A DNA stretch of 64,000 nucleotides from Adineta vaga (Eukaryota > Animalia > Rotifera). Shown here in pieces: positions 51,491 through 64,000 of the stretch; position 1 is the first letter of the stretch; each line of letters opens with the position of its first letter. The DNA is taken from the NCBI GenBank assembly GCA_021613535.1, contig CP075495.1:3348001-3412000 (forward strand). The letters are read 5' to 3'. Position numbers and translations under genes: made by a program. The notes under the pieces were generated by a model. The model saw nothing but the letters and a program-made list of their open reading frames with translations. It did no database searches and was not told the origin of the DNA.

Positions 51491-54400
51491 TCACTGTTGT
51501 TGTTGTGCTTGTTGTTGATGACTAGCTAAGATAGCTGCATGTTCTTTTTTCAGACGTTCAATTAAATGAGCTTGATCTGGTTTTCGAATAGCTTTCATAT
51601 CGAGAACTTTTTGAAATGAACCAACATCACCATCATTATTCATAAATTGTAGATAAGTTTTTACGAATTGTCTCGCCGATTCATGAGGAGTAAGAACAAC
51701 TTTGAGAATCATTTCTGCACGTGTCATACCTTTCAATACAATCTTTGTAAAACTATTCAATAAAGAAATTTTCGTATGAGATAAGAAAAACAACTTCGAT
51801 GATATAGATTTACTTTGGTGGTGGCTTTCGTGAAACAGTTAAACTAATCGATGGTAAATCAAGAAGAACAGTTTTCAATGAATGTGTATCGAGTAAAAGT
51901 TGTTCAGCACCAATCATATTGATTGGTTTACAACGATAGAGATGGTTGATAAACTTTGGAATGAATGAACTGAAACAAAAATTCAAGTTTATCTATGTCA
52001 AATCTATTGTATGAACTTAATTTACCTGACAAATGTTGTACAAAATTGTATAAAATATTTTCGAGATGATCCTAAATGATTACGTATTATTGGTATAATC
52101 GTTTTCAAATGATTGATGATAGTTGTCACGTATAAAGATTGATCACCAACAGTTTCAAGTGTTTGCCAAGATAACTAATCAAGTGAATTTGTAATAAGAA
52201 GAAAAAATTCATTCAATCGTACTAACTTTAGTCATTGCGATTAACGCTGGTTCACAGGCATTTTCTAAATCTTGAATAAGTATTTGAATTGATTGAGCAA
52301 TAATTCTATAAAAAGAAGAAAAAAAACGTGATGAGAAGAAATGAAATTCGTTGGAAAGTATATTCATACGTTTTAAAAACAGTTCTTTCCGATTCAAAAG
52401 TAATTTTGTCGACCAATGTTTTCGTAATTTTTTCTTTCATTTTATCTTCTAACTAAAGTAAAAAAATAGAACAAAAGGATATAAATAGATCATTCATTTT
52501 TACTTGTTGAATTGTTTCAACACAATATTCTGATGTACATAAAACGCTACATGATCGACAAATTTCTGATTCATTTAATTTTGTTATTGTTTCACCTTCT
52601 TTTAACATTGATGGAATATTCGGAAGATTTTGTATGAATATTGTCGCTGTACCAACTAATGTTGATGCGCCCGTATTTGTTCTTTTCAGAAAACTCATCA
52701 AAATATTTCCCAAGAGAAAAATGAAATGTTTACTTCGGTAAATTTGCAGTTAGAATTCGATTAGCATATTCACGAAGATATTTTTGAAATGTTTGTTGAA
52801 GTAATAACAATGGTTGTCCAGTACTTAATTTCGCACATTGTACAAGACAATTTCGAAAATAAACAAATAATTCTCCACTTGTTGGTAAAACATTATTTGT
52901 ATCTTCGCCACCTTCAAAAACGGGATAACCATCTTTTTTATGTTCATCAACAAATTTCTGAATTTGATCAGATAAACTTCGATCTAATTCAGCAATATAT
53001 ATATCTAAATGATCTTCGAAACATTGAGAAATAATTCCTTGAAATGGAGATGATTTTAGTTTGGAATTTGTTGATAAATTTAAATCATCAGTTTCATTCG
53101 AATGCGTTATTTTCACTGAAACCAAAAACAAAAATATATATCGCAATATTTTCTTTGAAAAAAAAACTCCATACCATTGAGATGATTGGTGATTGGATTA
53201 TTAGCATGATCAAGTGTATTTCCTGAAAAACGTTTTTCTACAATCGTTTCAAATCCAACTGTCTTCTCCAAAGCAAATCGTAATAATTTCACATCAATTT
53301 CATTTTTACGTTTAAGCATAATATTTGCTAATTCACGTCTAACAATAAAATAAATAGAATATTTCATCATTAAAAATTCTCGTTCTTACCTTGTAATTTT
53401 ACAAAATTCAACTGTTAAACGTTCAGCCATATCCCAATGTGAAGGAAATATTCGTGAATATTTCTCATCATATTCAACAAGTGCACGTTTTAACCAAGCA
53501 AATCGACGATCAATTTTATCTAACCATGCTAACTACAAACAATAATAAACGAAGAGTTAATTTTCGATTTTCTATTCTTACTTCTTGAGATTCTTGATAT
53601 AATATTGTATATTCAGATAGATGTGTTTTTAAAAACCAATTAATAACATCTAATCTAGAATTAAATTAGAGAAAAAAGAATAAATAAATATGCAAGATTA
53701 TTTTTCAAATAACAAACCTTAGTTTCGGATCAATAACATCGATTATCTTACATACATCAGCAAAATGTGGATTGGGAGTAAAATTCTCGAAAGAAAAATA
53801 TACAAATTGATATTCAAGAATGTAATTACTAAAAACAACAAATAACTTACTTTGGCATTTGGACCATTAAATGCATCTTCACATTCTTTTCGAACTTGAC
53901 TATTTATTTGAACAGTTAATTCTTTAACACTACAAATAGTAACAAGTTATAATTGTGTTGATTAGAAATTAAACCTACTTAGCTGACAATTCTTGTATTT
54001 GTGGAATGCTCATGTATGGTTGAAAATGTTCTAATACACTAATGACTGGATGAATTAAATTGGCTATATCACCATATGATTTCTTTTTAACTGCATTTCT
54101 ACAAAGATTCAAAGCGAAAAAAAACAGATTATTTACTTTACTTGTTGAAATATAAAGAAAAACTTACTGAGTTTTATCGATTCCTTCGATTAATGTTTGT
54201 AGATTATTTAATGTTGTTATAGAAGTTGTTAGATTTTTTTTTGCAATATCAAGTTGTTTTATATCTCGTGTTATTTCTTTCACCTAAAGATGAGTATTAA
54301 TGAAACTAGTATAAAAAACCAAGTGCTTTACCATTTCTTCTGATTTGTCAGCTTTATCTTTAATTTCACACATTTGTTGATATAATAATGCAATGGCATT

Positions 54401-54797
54401 TCGTGCTTCATCCAAGACTTTATGTTCATCTATACCAGTATCCGAATGGCCACGTATTGTTAAACGAATATCATTATCTAACGATCGAATCTTTGATTTC
54501 ACACCTCCAATAACTTCATCTATATTTGCTAAGGATTGTTCAGTAGGAAATAATTGATTAATATAATCAACTGCATTGAAATCAATTCGATCAATTTCAT
54601 CCGTACTTGGTAATATCTATTGAAAGAAAATACAGAAAATGAATCGATGCATCTTTATATAGTACAACATAGAAACATAATCTAACCTGATCGATCACTT
54701 GTTGTATATCAGGTGGAAGTACAAGTGTGTCATATCGATCATCATCAGCATCGAATACATCATCATCTGCATCTGTTCCACCAGTATTAGTCGTCAT
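51491..54797 (-). CDS. VPS53: GARP/EARP subunit Vps53, many exons
   Basis: [89 protein letters not shown]. Confidence 0.9.
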
Positions 54798-55046
54798 CTA
54801 AAAGTTACGACAAGGATTTTCCATTTATTTTTCTATTTATGCATGTGAAAAGGAAAGGACAAATATGTATGTTTTACTACAACGATTGACATTCTGAATT
54901 ATATACAGGTCAAATGAAATATATTTACACACGAAATACATGAGAATAGAGATTAATACATTAGGCACTACATTTGTGTTAGTACAGGATAAAAATACCA
55001 AGAAAAAAGAAAACAAGTCAACGTTCTTTTGTTTTTCTATATACAT

Positions 55047-57077
55047 TTATGGTTGCAAAAATTTGTTCATCCAATTTTTCATTGTACATAATTGATTAAT
55101 TGGAAATTCATAATTTGAATGACAAACCGGCTCTTTATTGGATATATGTTTTCTTGTTATTGGAATTTGATGACGCATTTTTGCACGATCATGACTTCGT
55201 TGAAATGTCCAACGCCATGGATGTCGTACAGATTGATCTTTTTCTTCATATTCACTCTTATCCATACGAGCTTGTTTACGTTGTTGAGCACGTGAACGAA
55301 TCCATGTAGCATATGATGACAAATTTTCTACACTACGACGTATTGTTTTTTGAACTTTTTCAGCTGTTTCTGAACCAGCAAAATCACTTAATTTCCGTTT
55401 TGTTTCTTCGACATATCCATGACGATTATCAACAAAATCAGTTAATGTAATACTTAATTGTTCGAAAATACCTGCTAGATTTACGGATGTATTCGTAGTT
55501 ATCGAAGCAGTTTGTTTGATTACATTATCAACCAAATCTTCTATTGGTGATGACGTGGCAGATTTTGTTTGCTAAATATACAAATGAGTCATTGATAGAA
55601 ATGAATATCTCTAATTTTCTTACATCATTTCCTTTTGAGCATGTTTCACTCATTTGTATACGTTGTTTTTCTATCATTTGTTGTCGTTCTTCTAATCCCG
55701 TCACTTGTTTTTGTAATCGTTCATTTTCATTTGATAACTACACATAAATAATATGATATTTAATAAAACAAAAGAACTTTTCTTCTACTTGATGAACTGT
55801 TCTTGTAAAATTTTGTTGTGTCGTATGAATGATATAATAAAGTTCATTGATTTGTAGAACTAATGAATATTTCTCTTGATCATACTCAAGCATTTTCTGT
55901 TTTAAAATTTCTTGAAATTTCTTCTCCAACTGGAAAAATATTTGCAAAATTGAAAATAGATCTAATTACTCATTGATAAAAGATTCTTACTTGTTTTGTT
56001 AAATTTTGTTCGATATCTTCTATTGATACACTCTTTATTTGATCCAAACGTTGATTTGTTTGCTGTAAATTTTTCTTAATTTTGTCAAGTAAAGATCGTT
56101 CTAATAATAGAAATCAACGAAGATAAATAATCAGGAATATAAACATAATTATTTAACTTACGCGATGTTGTAAATCGACAAAGAACTATTGGTAAAGCAA
56201 TCATTAAAATCAATATACCATATACAATTAAAGTATTCTTTCTACGAGGACGTTGACTTAATGTTCGTAAAGATCTATGTTCCTGTTCAACAGCTAATGG
56301 ATGTTGGTCACCTATTCCAAAAATGATAATATGATATTCGTTTTTTTGCCAGTAAAATAACGACGAACCTGTTTGTTGCACATTAGCACCGGTGCGTTGA
56401 CTAAATAGATTAAAGAATAGAAATAAATCGAAATCAAATTCAACTTACCGAAAATGACTTGTCGATATGACTATTTCATGGCTATGAATAAAAATAAAAA
56501 TTGAATAAAGAATCAAATGTAACATATACAAATACTTTGAATCGCATGTATTATTTGGTAATTCATATTCATTAATTACCGGACTTGTTTCACCTTCATT
56601 GACTTGTTCTATCGGTATTTCCGATGATAAATCTTGTTCTTTAACTTCATCTTTGATTAATAAATCATTTGTTTGACTAGTTAAAACCGGTTCTTCATTT
56701 AATAAAACACTTTCTTCCTTTATGTCACTTTCATGCCTATACGAAAATCAAAAAGAGACGAACACATTGAATTTTCAAATTCAATTCAATTATTTACTCA
56801 GTCGAACAAATCGATGATAAGGATTCACTTCGTTCCGATTTTGATGAACTACTACTGTTATTACTTGATGATGGTGATGATGATGATGATGAATCGGAAG
56901 TCGTTTGTTCATCACCAACAAGATTCATAGCAGAATGCAGTAGCTTTAATATAAACAAAAATATATAGGAATAAATAAATATTAGAAATAATTTACTGGA
57001 GTTGTTGGTAGTGTTTGACGTAAGAAAACCCAATCATCATGTTCTCGATTAAATTCATCTTCATTTGATGCGTACAT
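55047..57077 (-). CDS. Type II membrane coiled-coil protein with N-terminal LIR-like motif (CCPG1/PBXIP1-like architecture)
   Basis: Spliced MYASNEDEFNREHDDWVFL, Ser/acidic region, RPRRK + one TM (TLIVYGILILMIALPIVLC), coiled coil, WTFQRSHDRAKMR. Confidence 0.55.
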
Positions 57078-57658
57078 ATTCAATGTTTTGATACAAAATA
57101 ATATAGATTATGGTATGACGCTTCTCGTTTATATGCTAGACTAAAACTCGTGCTTCCAGATTATAATCAATGGAGTCAAGTGACTCTAGATGGCGACATA
57201 TGAAATATGATTGGATAATTCGTTATTTTACTACTTATCGTACGAATTGTACGAATACACGCTTTGACAACAAATGAAATATACGTTTTAAAAAGAAAGA
57301 AGTCGGATATTTGCTTTTTATTTATAATTGATCACATGTTGTCTTCGTTGTTTTATATAGATTGGATGTTTAGATGACAATAATGAAATGAAACATTTCC
57401 CCTGTGAATCATTTATTTTCGCATTTGCTATTAGTTAAGTACATGATCACCTGATTGAAAACATGATATTTCTGAAATATCTTAATTGAATTGAAAAAAT
57501 CTATGAATAAAGTTTCGATAGGATCTTTTACAGACATGTGAATTCGAAAAAATAATGAACAACTTTATTTCGTCAATTCATTTTCCAAACTTTCTCTTAT
57601 CTATCGTTATCTTTTGTATTCTAAATAAATTTCATTGAAATCTGACTCATTTTTTCAG

Positions 57659-58536
57659 ATGTCAATGGCACGTTTAGTCGGTAAAGTTGCATGTGTAACT
57701 GCGTCCACTGATGGGTAAGCTGAGAAAATTTTATCTAAAACGGAAGATATTTGATATACAACAATCTTCAGAATTGGTTTTGCTATTGCTCGTCGATTAG
57801 CTCGCGAAGGTGCACGTGTTATTATTTCCAGTCGAAAACAAGATAATGTTCAAAAAGCAATTGATTTATTAAAAAAAGAAAATTTAGATGTTCATGGAAT
57901 AGTTTGTCATGTTAGTAAAAGTGACGATCGAAAACGTTTATTTACTGAAACCGTTGAAAAATATGGAAAATTAGATATATTAGTATCCAATGCAGCTATT
58001 AGTCCATCATTTGGAAATATTTTAGAAGTAAATAGAACTTGTGAATTCATTGATATAATTTGTATTTTACTTAGACAACAGAATCTGCATGGGATAAAAT
58101 ATTTGATGTTAACGTTAAAGCTACTTTCTTTCTTATCAAAGAAGCTATTCCATATCTTGAGCAACAAAAAAATAGTTCAATTGTTGTTGTATCAAGTATA
58201 GCTGGTTATAGTCCAATGGATCTCATTGGTGCTTATTCAATATCCAAGACAACTTTACTTGGTCTAACCAAAGCACTTGTGAATCCATGTACTGAGAAAG
58301 GTATTCGAATTAATGGTATTGCTCCCGGAATAATAAAAACAAAGTTTAGTGAAATATTATGGAAAAATGAAGAAGATAAAAATTCCAATATAATACCGTT
58401 TCATGGGTGTGCAATGGGTCGTGTTGGTACAACTGATGAATGTGCAAGTACAGTTGCATTTCTTGTTAGTGATGATGCTTCGTATATAACTGGTGAAACC
58501 ATTGTTGTTGCCGGTGGTATGACAAGTCATCTGTAA
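57659..58536 (+). CDS. DHRS4: Short-chain dehydrogenase DHRS4-like, peroxisomal
   Basis: VTASTDG|IGFAIARRLA, SSRKQ, YSISKT catalytic motif, C-terminal SHL (PTS1 variant). Confidence 0.9.
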
Positions 58537-58856
58537 TTTACAAAATAGACTCGATATTTTATGAAACACTGATTGATTTTTATTAAAAATAAAAGTTTTA
58601 AATAGATTCTGAAACGATTGAAAAGAAATGAATTTCGAAGATTTAATTTTTAATATCAAAACTACATGTGCCTTTTATCTCATTTTCTAATATACTTTTT
58701 TTTACTATCGGTACTTTATTTTGTATCAAGTAAAAATGTAAATTAACCTATAATATCCATAAAAGTTCAATATCTCGACTTTTTCATTTATCCACATCTG
58801 TTTTATTCCTTGTCCAAATAAATTATTTAAACATACACAAAAATGAATATATCCAA

Positions 58857-59747
58857 TTAGGAGATAATATTATCGCCATCACCAGCACTTGGACGAATAT
58901 GTTTTTCACCCGGTATGAGAATGGCATCGTGTAACACATGAGCACGTCGTTTAGCTTCAATAGTTGAATATTTTTTATGTCCAAATTCGTCAATAATTGA
59001 ATTTCTAATATCATTCTCATCATCCGATGTATCTGAACATGGATGAATAACAATAGCTGGTAGATGATTTTGTTTGGGTAGAATTTCCAATGGTTCATTC
59101 GGTTGTAATTTAGACAAGGCAAGAAATAAATCAAAATTGATTTCTGGTAATTCTTCACGTTTAGCAACCCAACCAACTGGTGGTGTTGTTGGTGGTGATT
59201 GCATATAGATACGTTCTGATTCAGGTGGTTTAAGATATTCAATAGTTGATGAATGAGAAAGTACAAATGACATCGAGAGCTTTTTTCCATGAAATTCTTT
59301 TTCATTCATATATGTACAAACTTGAAATGCTAATATTGGATCAGAAAAGGTTAGATAGACACGTTGAATATCATCGGAATAAGATACGAGCACTTCAGGG
59401 TCATATTCATGAATAATACACTCGAATTCACATCGAATATTTTCATTCGTAAATATCTATGATGTGTGTAATTTTTTCAGTTCATTTCATTTGAACACTC
59501 CTACCTCTTCCGGCAACTGTTTTACTTCCACTCGAGGAGAAATTACTTTGGAAACTGATACTGATGTTATATTTTCATTTGTGTGGAATGCACTCGATTC
59601 AGATTGGTCGTTTGAATCATCCACATAATTAATATAATAATTTTCTAGATCTATTTGTGAAGTATCTTTAACAATATTCAATGATTCAGAAGATAACATA
59701 TCAATTTCATTGATTATTGTTGAATTAATAGTTGAACTTTTTTCCAT
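58857..59747 (-). CDS. RCAN: Regulator of calcineurin (calcipressin)
   Basis: RRM-like N-half, YLKPP, SPPTTPPVGW, INFDL, PAIVIHPC. Confidence 0.8.
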
Positions 59748-60107
59748 ATAATTATATATGAAATGAATAGTTCAGCTTATCTCTTAGTTACTATAGTAAA
59801 CAGCGCTATTCATATTTTGTTGACAAGAATTCTCAAACAGAAGTTATGACATTGCTTATCTAAATACCTTTTTCTTAACTAGAACGCGACGAACTTTTAA
59901 GCTATGACTAATAATTATAAGACACAATGTATCAAAGGTTCTACCATCTCTGACATCATTTTCATCATATAGTACTTTACCGTGAAGAAAATGTTGTTTC
60001 GGATCTATCATAGAATACTGATGAAAGTACGCGACATTACCTTAATGAAATTTTATTATGTCCATTCTCGGAGAGAAACAGCAAAGAATGAATTTCACAA
60101 TATTCGG

Positions 60108-60437
60108 GAAAGGGGGCGATCGAAAAATCATCAATTTTTCTACACGCTGAAAATAGTATAAAATGAAAGTACCCGATGAGTACATCACTAATTCCACATT
60201 CATTTCTATTGATCTCGTCCCTTTCTTACAGAGATTTTGTCTCATATACGGCATTTGTAATGGTTATTACCTTGAATCTGAGTGAAAATGGCACATAGAA
60301 CACGGGAAAACAGCTAAGAATAAGGGACAAGACTTGGAGAAATGAATGTAGAATTAGTGATGTACTCATCGAGTACTTTCATTTTATACTATTTTCAGCG
60401 TGTGTAAAAATCGATGATTTCTCGACTACCCCCTTTC
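60108..60437. mobile_element. Foldback/MITE-like element with about 100-120 bp inverted arms
   Basis: 60108-60207 is a near reverse complement of 60338-60437 (gaaaggggg...ccccctttc). Weaker pairing continues inward. Confidence 0.8.
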
Positions 60438-60999
60438 TTTTCACTTACAAAAGCATTCACCGAACTATAAAGTACATTTTTCGAGTGAAAGAAAAGTTTC
60501 TATATCCTCATGAACGTGTTTTCTTTCGTTTTTTTTACACAATGTTTTCACTGAGTACTCTGTACAATATATTCAAAACATATATAAACCATGATTTCAT
60601 TTATTACACGATATTCTCTGATACATAGAAAAATAAATGAAATAGATCTGTGAACTTTTAAGAGAAAACTATGTTGGCTGAATAATGTGCATCCAATTGA
60701 AATGTTAACTATATAGAATTACAAAAAATAGAGTGAACACTATATTATACTGAAATACGAATAACTGATGATATTTTTGACGATCATCTTCAGAGGCACT
60801 TTATGGAGAGAAAATGTCTTTTACAGAACTGCATCTTTTCAACCGTTCTTTGATATGCTTTGAGATGAATTTAAATTACAGACTCTTTTTCATCGGATAA
60901 TTATATTTATTATGATACTTCGACGGCATGTTTAGCGAGGCAAATACTGACAGATAGATTTTTTTACTCAGAAGATTTATTATATTTCAATCTTGCAGA

Positions 61000-61977
61000 A
61001 TGTCTTATAACTTTTCTACTAGTGAAGATAATAATGGTGTTTTTGGTTTTGATCCACCACTTTCAAAAACAATTAAATTTTGGCTTTTATTAATTGGTGT
61101 AACATCAGCTACACCATGTTATCTCTTTTTAATAGTCTATTTTTTAACTAAAAAATCCGTTCGAGAAGCTCTTTACAATCATGTAATTATTGTCAGTCTA
61201 TTCGTTGATTTTATTATTCTCACTGTGGATTTATCGTGTCATATGACTTTTCTAAGATTAGGATATCTTGCACCATCAACACCAGCTCTTTGTCTAATTT
61301 GGCAATTAATCGATTATGGATTTTGGTATGGAGATCTATTCTTAAAATCATGGGCAGCTGTTGAACGACACATTCTAATCTTTCATACAAGTCTTATTGA
61401 TACAGCATGGAAACGTTTCTTTGTTCATTATCTACCTTTGATATTTGTCACTTTTTACACTCCAATCACTTACGTTTACTTAATCTTTTTCTATCCTGCT
61501 GAGCACATTTACATCTATGATGTATTAGTTTGCAGTGGTCCTTGGTATTATTATGACATACCAGCATGGTTAATTTGGTACGAATCATTATTTCATTATG
61601 TTATTCCAATCTTTGTTTTAACAATCTTTAGTAATACACTTTTTCTTCGAATTTATCTACAAAAAAATCGTTTACGTGCTGCTCAAGGTTGGCGACAATA
61701 TCGAAAGATGACCATACAATTAGTTTTTGTTACAATTACTTATCTATTTGATTTACCTTACATTATCGTTACTATTGTGCGATGGTCTGGATTTCCAGAC
61801 TTTGGAACAAATTTACAAGGTCCTTATTTCTATTATGTTAATTATATTCCAATTGTTCTTTTTCCATTCGCTCTTCTTAGTTCAAACTCGAAAGTATTGA
61901 AAGGAGTTTTTACTCAAACAAAACGACGACGACGACAAGTTGGGGCAACTTTACTAAATAGAACAGTATGGAATTAA
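61000..61977 (+). CDS. Rhodopsin-like (class A) 7TM GPCR, intronless CDS
   Basis: Seven hydrophobic segments, LCLIW, WAAVERHILIFH (DRY-equivalent), RKMTIQL. Confidence 0.8.
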   Translation: MSYNFSTSEDNNGVFGFDPPLSKTIKFWLLLIGVTSATPCYLFLIVYFLTKKSVREALYNHVIIVSLFVDFIILTVDLSCHMTFLRLGYLAPSTPALCLIWQLIDYGFWYGDLFLKSWAAVERHILIFHTSLIDTAWKRFFVHYLPLIFVTFYTPITYVYLIFFYPAEHIYIYDVLVCSGPWYYYDIPAWLIWYESLFHYVIPIFVLTIFSNTLFLRIYLQKNRLRAAQGWRQYRKMTIQLVFVTITYLFDLPYIIVTIVRWSGFPDFGTNLQGPYFYYVNYIPIVLFPFALLSSNSKVLKGVFTQTKRRRRQVGATLLNRTVWN

Positions 61978-62616
61978 CGAAATCAAGTTTGAAATTTTAT
62001 TGTAAATTAAAGAATAAATTAAGCTATGAAAAACCAATGTATTATTAATTCAGTAGTACTTGTCACTGAAACATAATTTTCTTCTCGAAGAAGAAAAAGA
62101 GATTTATCATTTTTGACAATTCACAAGATACATAATCATGATGAATCTAAAATCTTTCAACAGAAATTAAGCAATATAAGATTTCATCAACAATACAGTC
62201 GTCTACGTTCTACAATGCTTATTTCATACTGTCATCAAAGATATACATCTTTCTTTATGGAAGCAGAAGGACAAATTATAAACAAGTACAATAGAATGTT
62301 ATAGTCGTTCAAAGAAATATCCTGATGAGAGAATGTACTTTATCTCTGGAATTTGCATTAAAATTGAAATATATATTGATTATATCTTAATGACATATTA
62401 TGACCTGTTTTACAGTTTATTATCTAGAACTAGAGAAGAAAAAGACGTCCGCCAAAATGAAATTTTCTTCTATCAACACTAAAGATAAAAAAAATAAAAG
62501 TTCGCCAAAAATAAATTGTATTATAATAAAAGTGTCGAAAAACTATATTTAGTTATAGTTTTCCGTCTAATATAAGTAATACTGTCTGTATTTTAAAACA
62601 AAATCTTTGTACAACG

Positions 62617-63642
62617 ATGTATTACTCATTGTTCTTAGTTTCATCATTTACAATTATCTCGATTTTGAGTTCACCAATAGATTATGATCAAATTAATAAA
62701 CAATTAAATGCACTTTCCGAACAACTCGATCGAGTCGAATTACAACTTAACAATAGTGTCAATCAATTAATAACTAAATTGGACGAAAATAATCATAATA
62801 TTACACATCTGATCAAATCTTTACATTCTTCAGCAAACAATAGTAAGTAATATTTTATTTTGAATGAATTATTTTGTATCGTTATAATCTTAACAGATAA
62901 TCATCATGGATCATCTCGACAAGTCAATGCTCTTTTGATTATCGATGTTCAATATGATTTCATTAATGGAACTCTTGCTCTTCGAAATTGTCCATCAAAA
63001 CATAATGGTGAAGAAGTTATTCCAGTTATTAATCAACTTCTCGATACACTAAAATTTGATGTCGTCGTTTACAGTCTTGATTGGCATCCTACAGATCATA
63101 TATCTTTCTTTGATAATCTTCATCTTCGTTCACATTTATTAGCAAATGATTCTATACCTTTAGCTGATCTTCAGATGTATTCGACAGCTACATTTGCTAT
63201 CAATGATCTTCCTCGTATGGAACAAACACTTTGGCCTCGACATTGTGTTCAAAATACTTTTGGTGCTAAACTACATTCTGATTTGAAAATACTCAATGAA
63301 GATAATGATCAAAATATATCGATTATTCATATACAAAAAGGAACAAAACCAAGTATTGATTCTTATTCAGCTTTTTGGGATAATTCTAAATTGAGTGAAA
63401 CAAAATTAAATCAACAATTACAAGACAATCATGTTACACAAGTTTTTGTTACTGGTCTTGCAACAGATTGGTGTGTATATTCAACAGCTATACATGCAAT
63501 GGAAAACGGTTATAAGACATTTATTATCGAAGATGCAGCTCGTGGAGTTGATGAAAAGGCTATAAAAGAAAGACTTGAAGATTTTAAGCAAAAAAATGGT
63601 CATGTTATTCAATCAAATCAAGTGAAAGACTATATTCAATGA
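62617..63642 (+). CDS. Nicotinamidase/pyrazinamidase (isochorismatase family) with signal peptide and coiled coil, 2 exons
   Basis: IIDVQYDF, DWHP, WPRHC, KG...DSYSAF, GLATDWCV (D-K-C triad intact). Intron 62843-62896. Confidence 0.9.
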
Positions 63643-64000
63643 CTACTATCATAAACTTATTCTTTTCTAAATATCAACGAACAACTTATTTTTAGTTCTC
63701 TTTTTTTGTTTGCTTTTATTGGTAGTATTCAAATCTTTCTTTGAGTATACAGATTATTTTTATAGTTTCCTTATTCTAGTTTCACTTGAATAAATTGAAG
63801 TAAAACTAAATATAATTGTTATTTTATAACTGTATTTACGTTTATTGTTGAATTCAATTGTCTAGAACGTTAATGAGATGATTAAATCCTACGGTCAAAG
63901 GACACAAACGTAAAACAATACATGTTTCTATTGGTAAGATGATGATTCATACAGAATAGCGTGATGCTTGGAATTAATGTTTATTTTCGATGTAAATAAT

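Overview
AT-rich eukaryotic, animal-type genomic DNA. It is gene-dense, with many short (about 45-65 nt) GT-AG introns. By inference from composition, intron size and gene families it resembles a bdelloid rotifer; this is not proven. About 27 protein-coding loci can be reconstructed by manually joining exons: KRBA2/SCAND3-like integrase-derived gene, KATNAL2 N-terminal half, prohormone-4, TIGAR-like, CD-M6PR, MRI1 (disrupted), CDK2AP1, ELMO, KCNQ, KIF6, DDX21-derived half-helicase, non-metazoan-type S9B peptidase, WBP2 with a nested MMP, calmodulin-like, RASEF, Tctex1-domain, short PACT protein, LURP-one-like, PIGB, VPS53, CCPG1-like, DHRS4, RCAN, a GPCR, a secreted nicotinamidase and two orphans. 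A foldback MITE-like element and a Tc1/mariner relic are also present. The most unusual signals are: (1) a DDX21-derived protein with degenerate motifs, no RecA2 domain, and GUCT plus five Gly-spaced CCHC knuckles; (2) an MRI1 with both catalytic residues replaced and a +1 frameshift; (3) an antisense gene nested in an intron (MMP in WBP2), and probably a second case (the domesticated integrase in KATNAL2); (4) tightly packed co-oriented genes with splice acceptors abutting the ATG, suggesting SL trans-splicing or operons. Exon boundaries were read by eye, and family assignments rest on recalled motifs, not on database searches.
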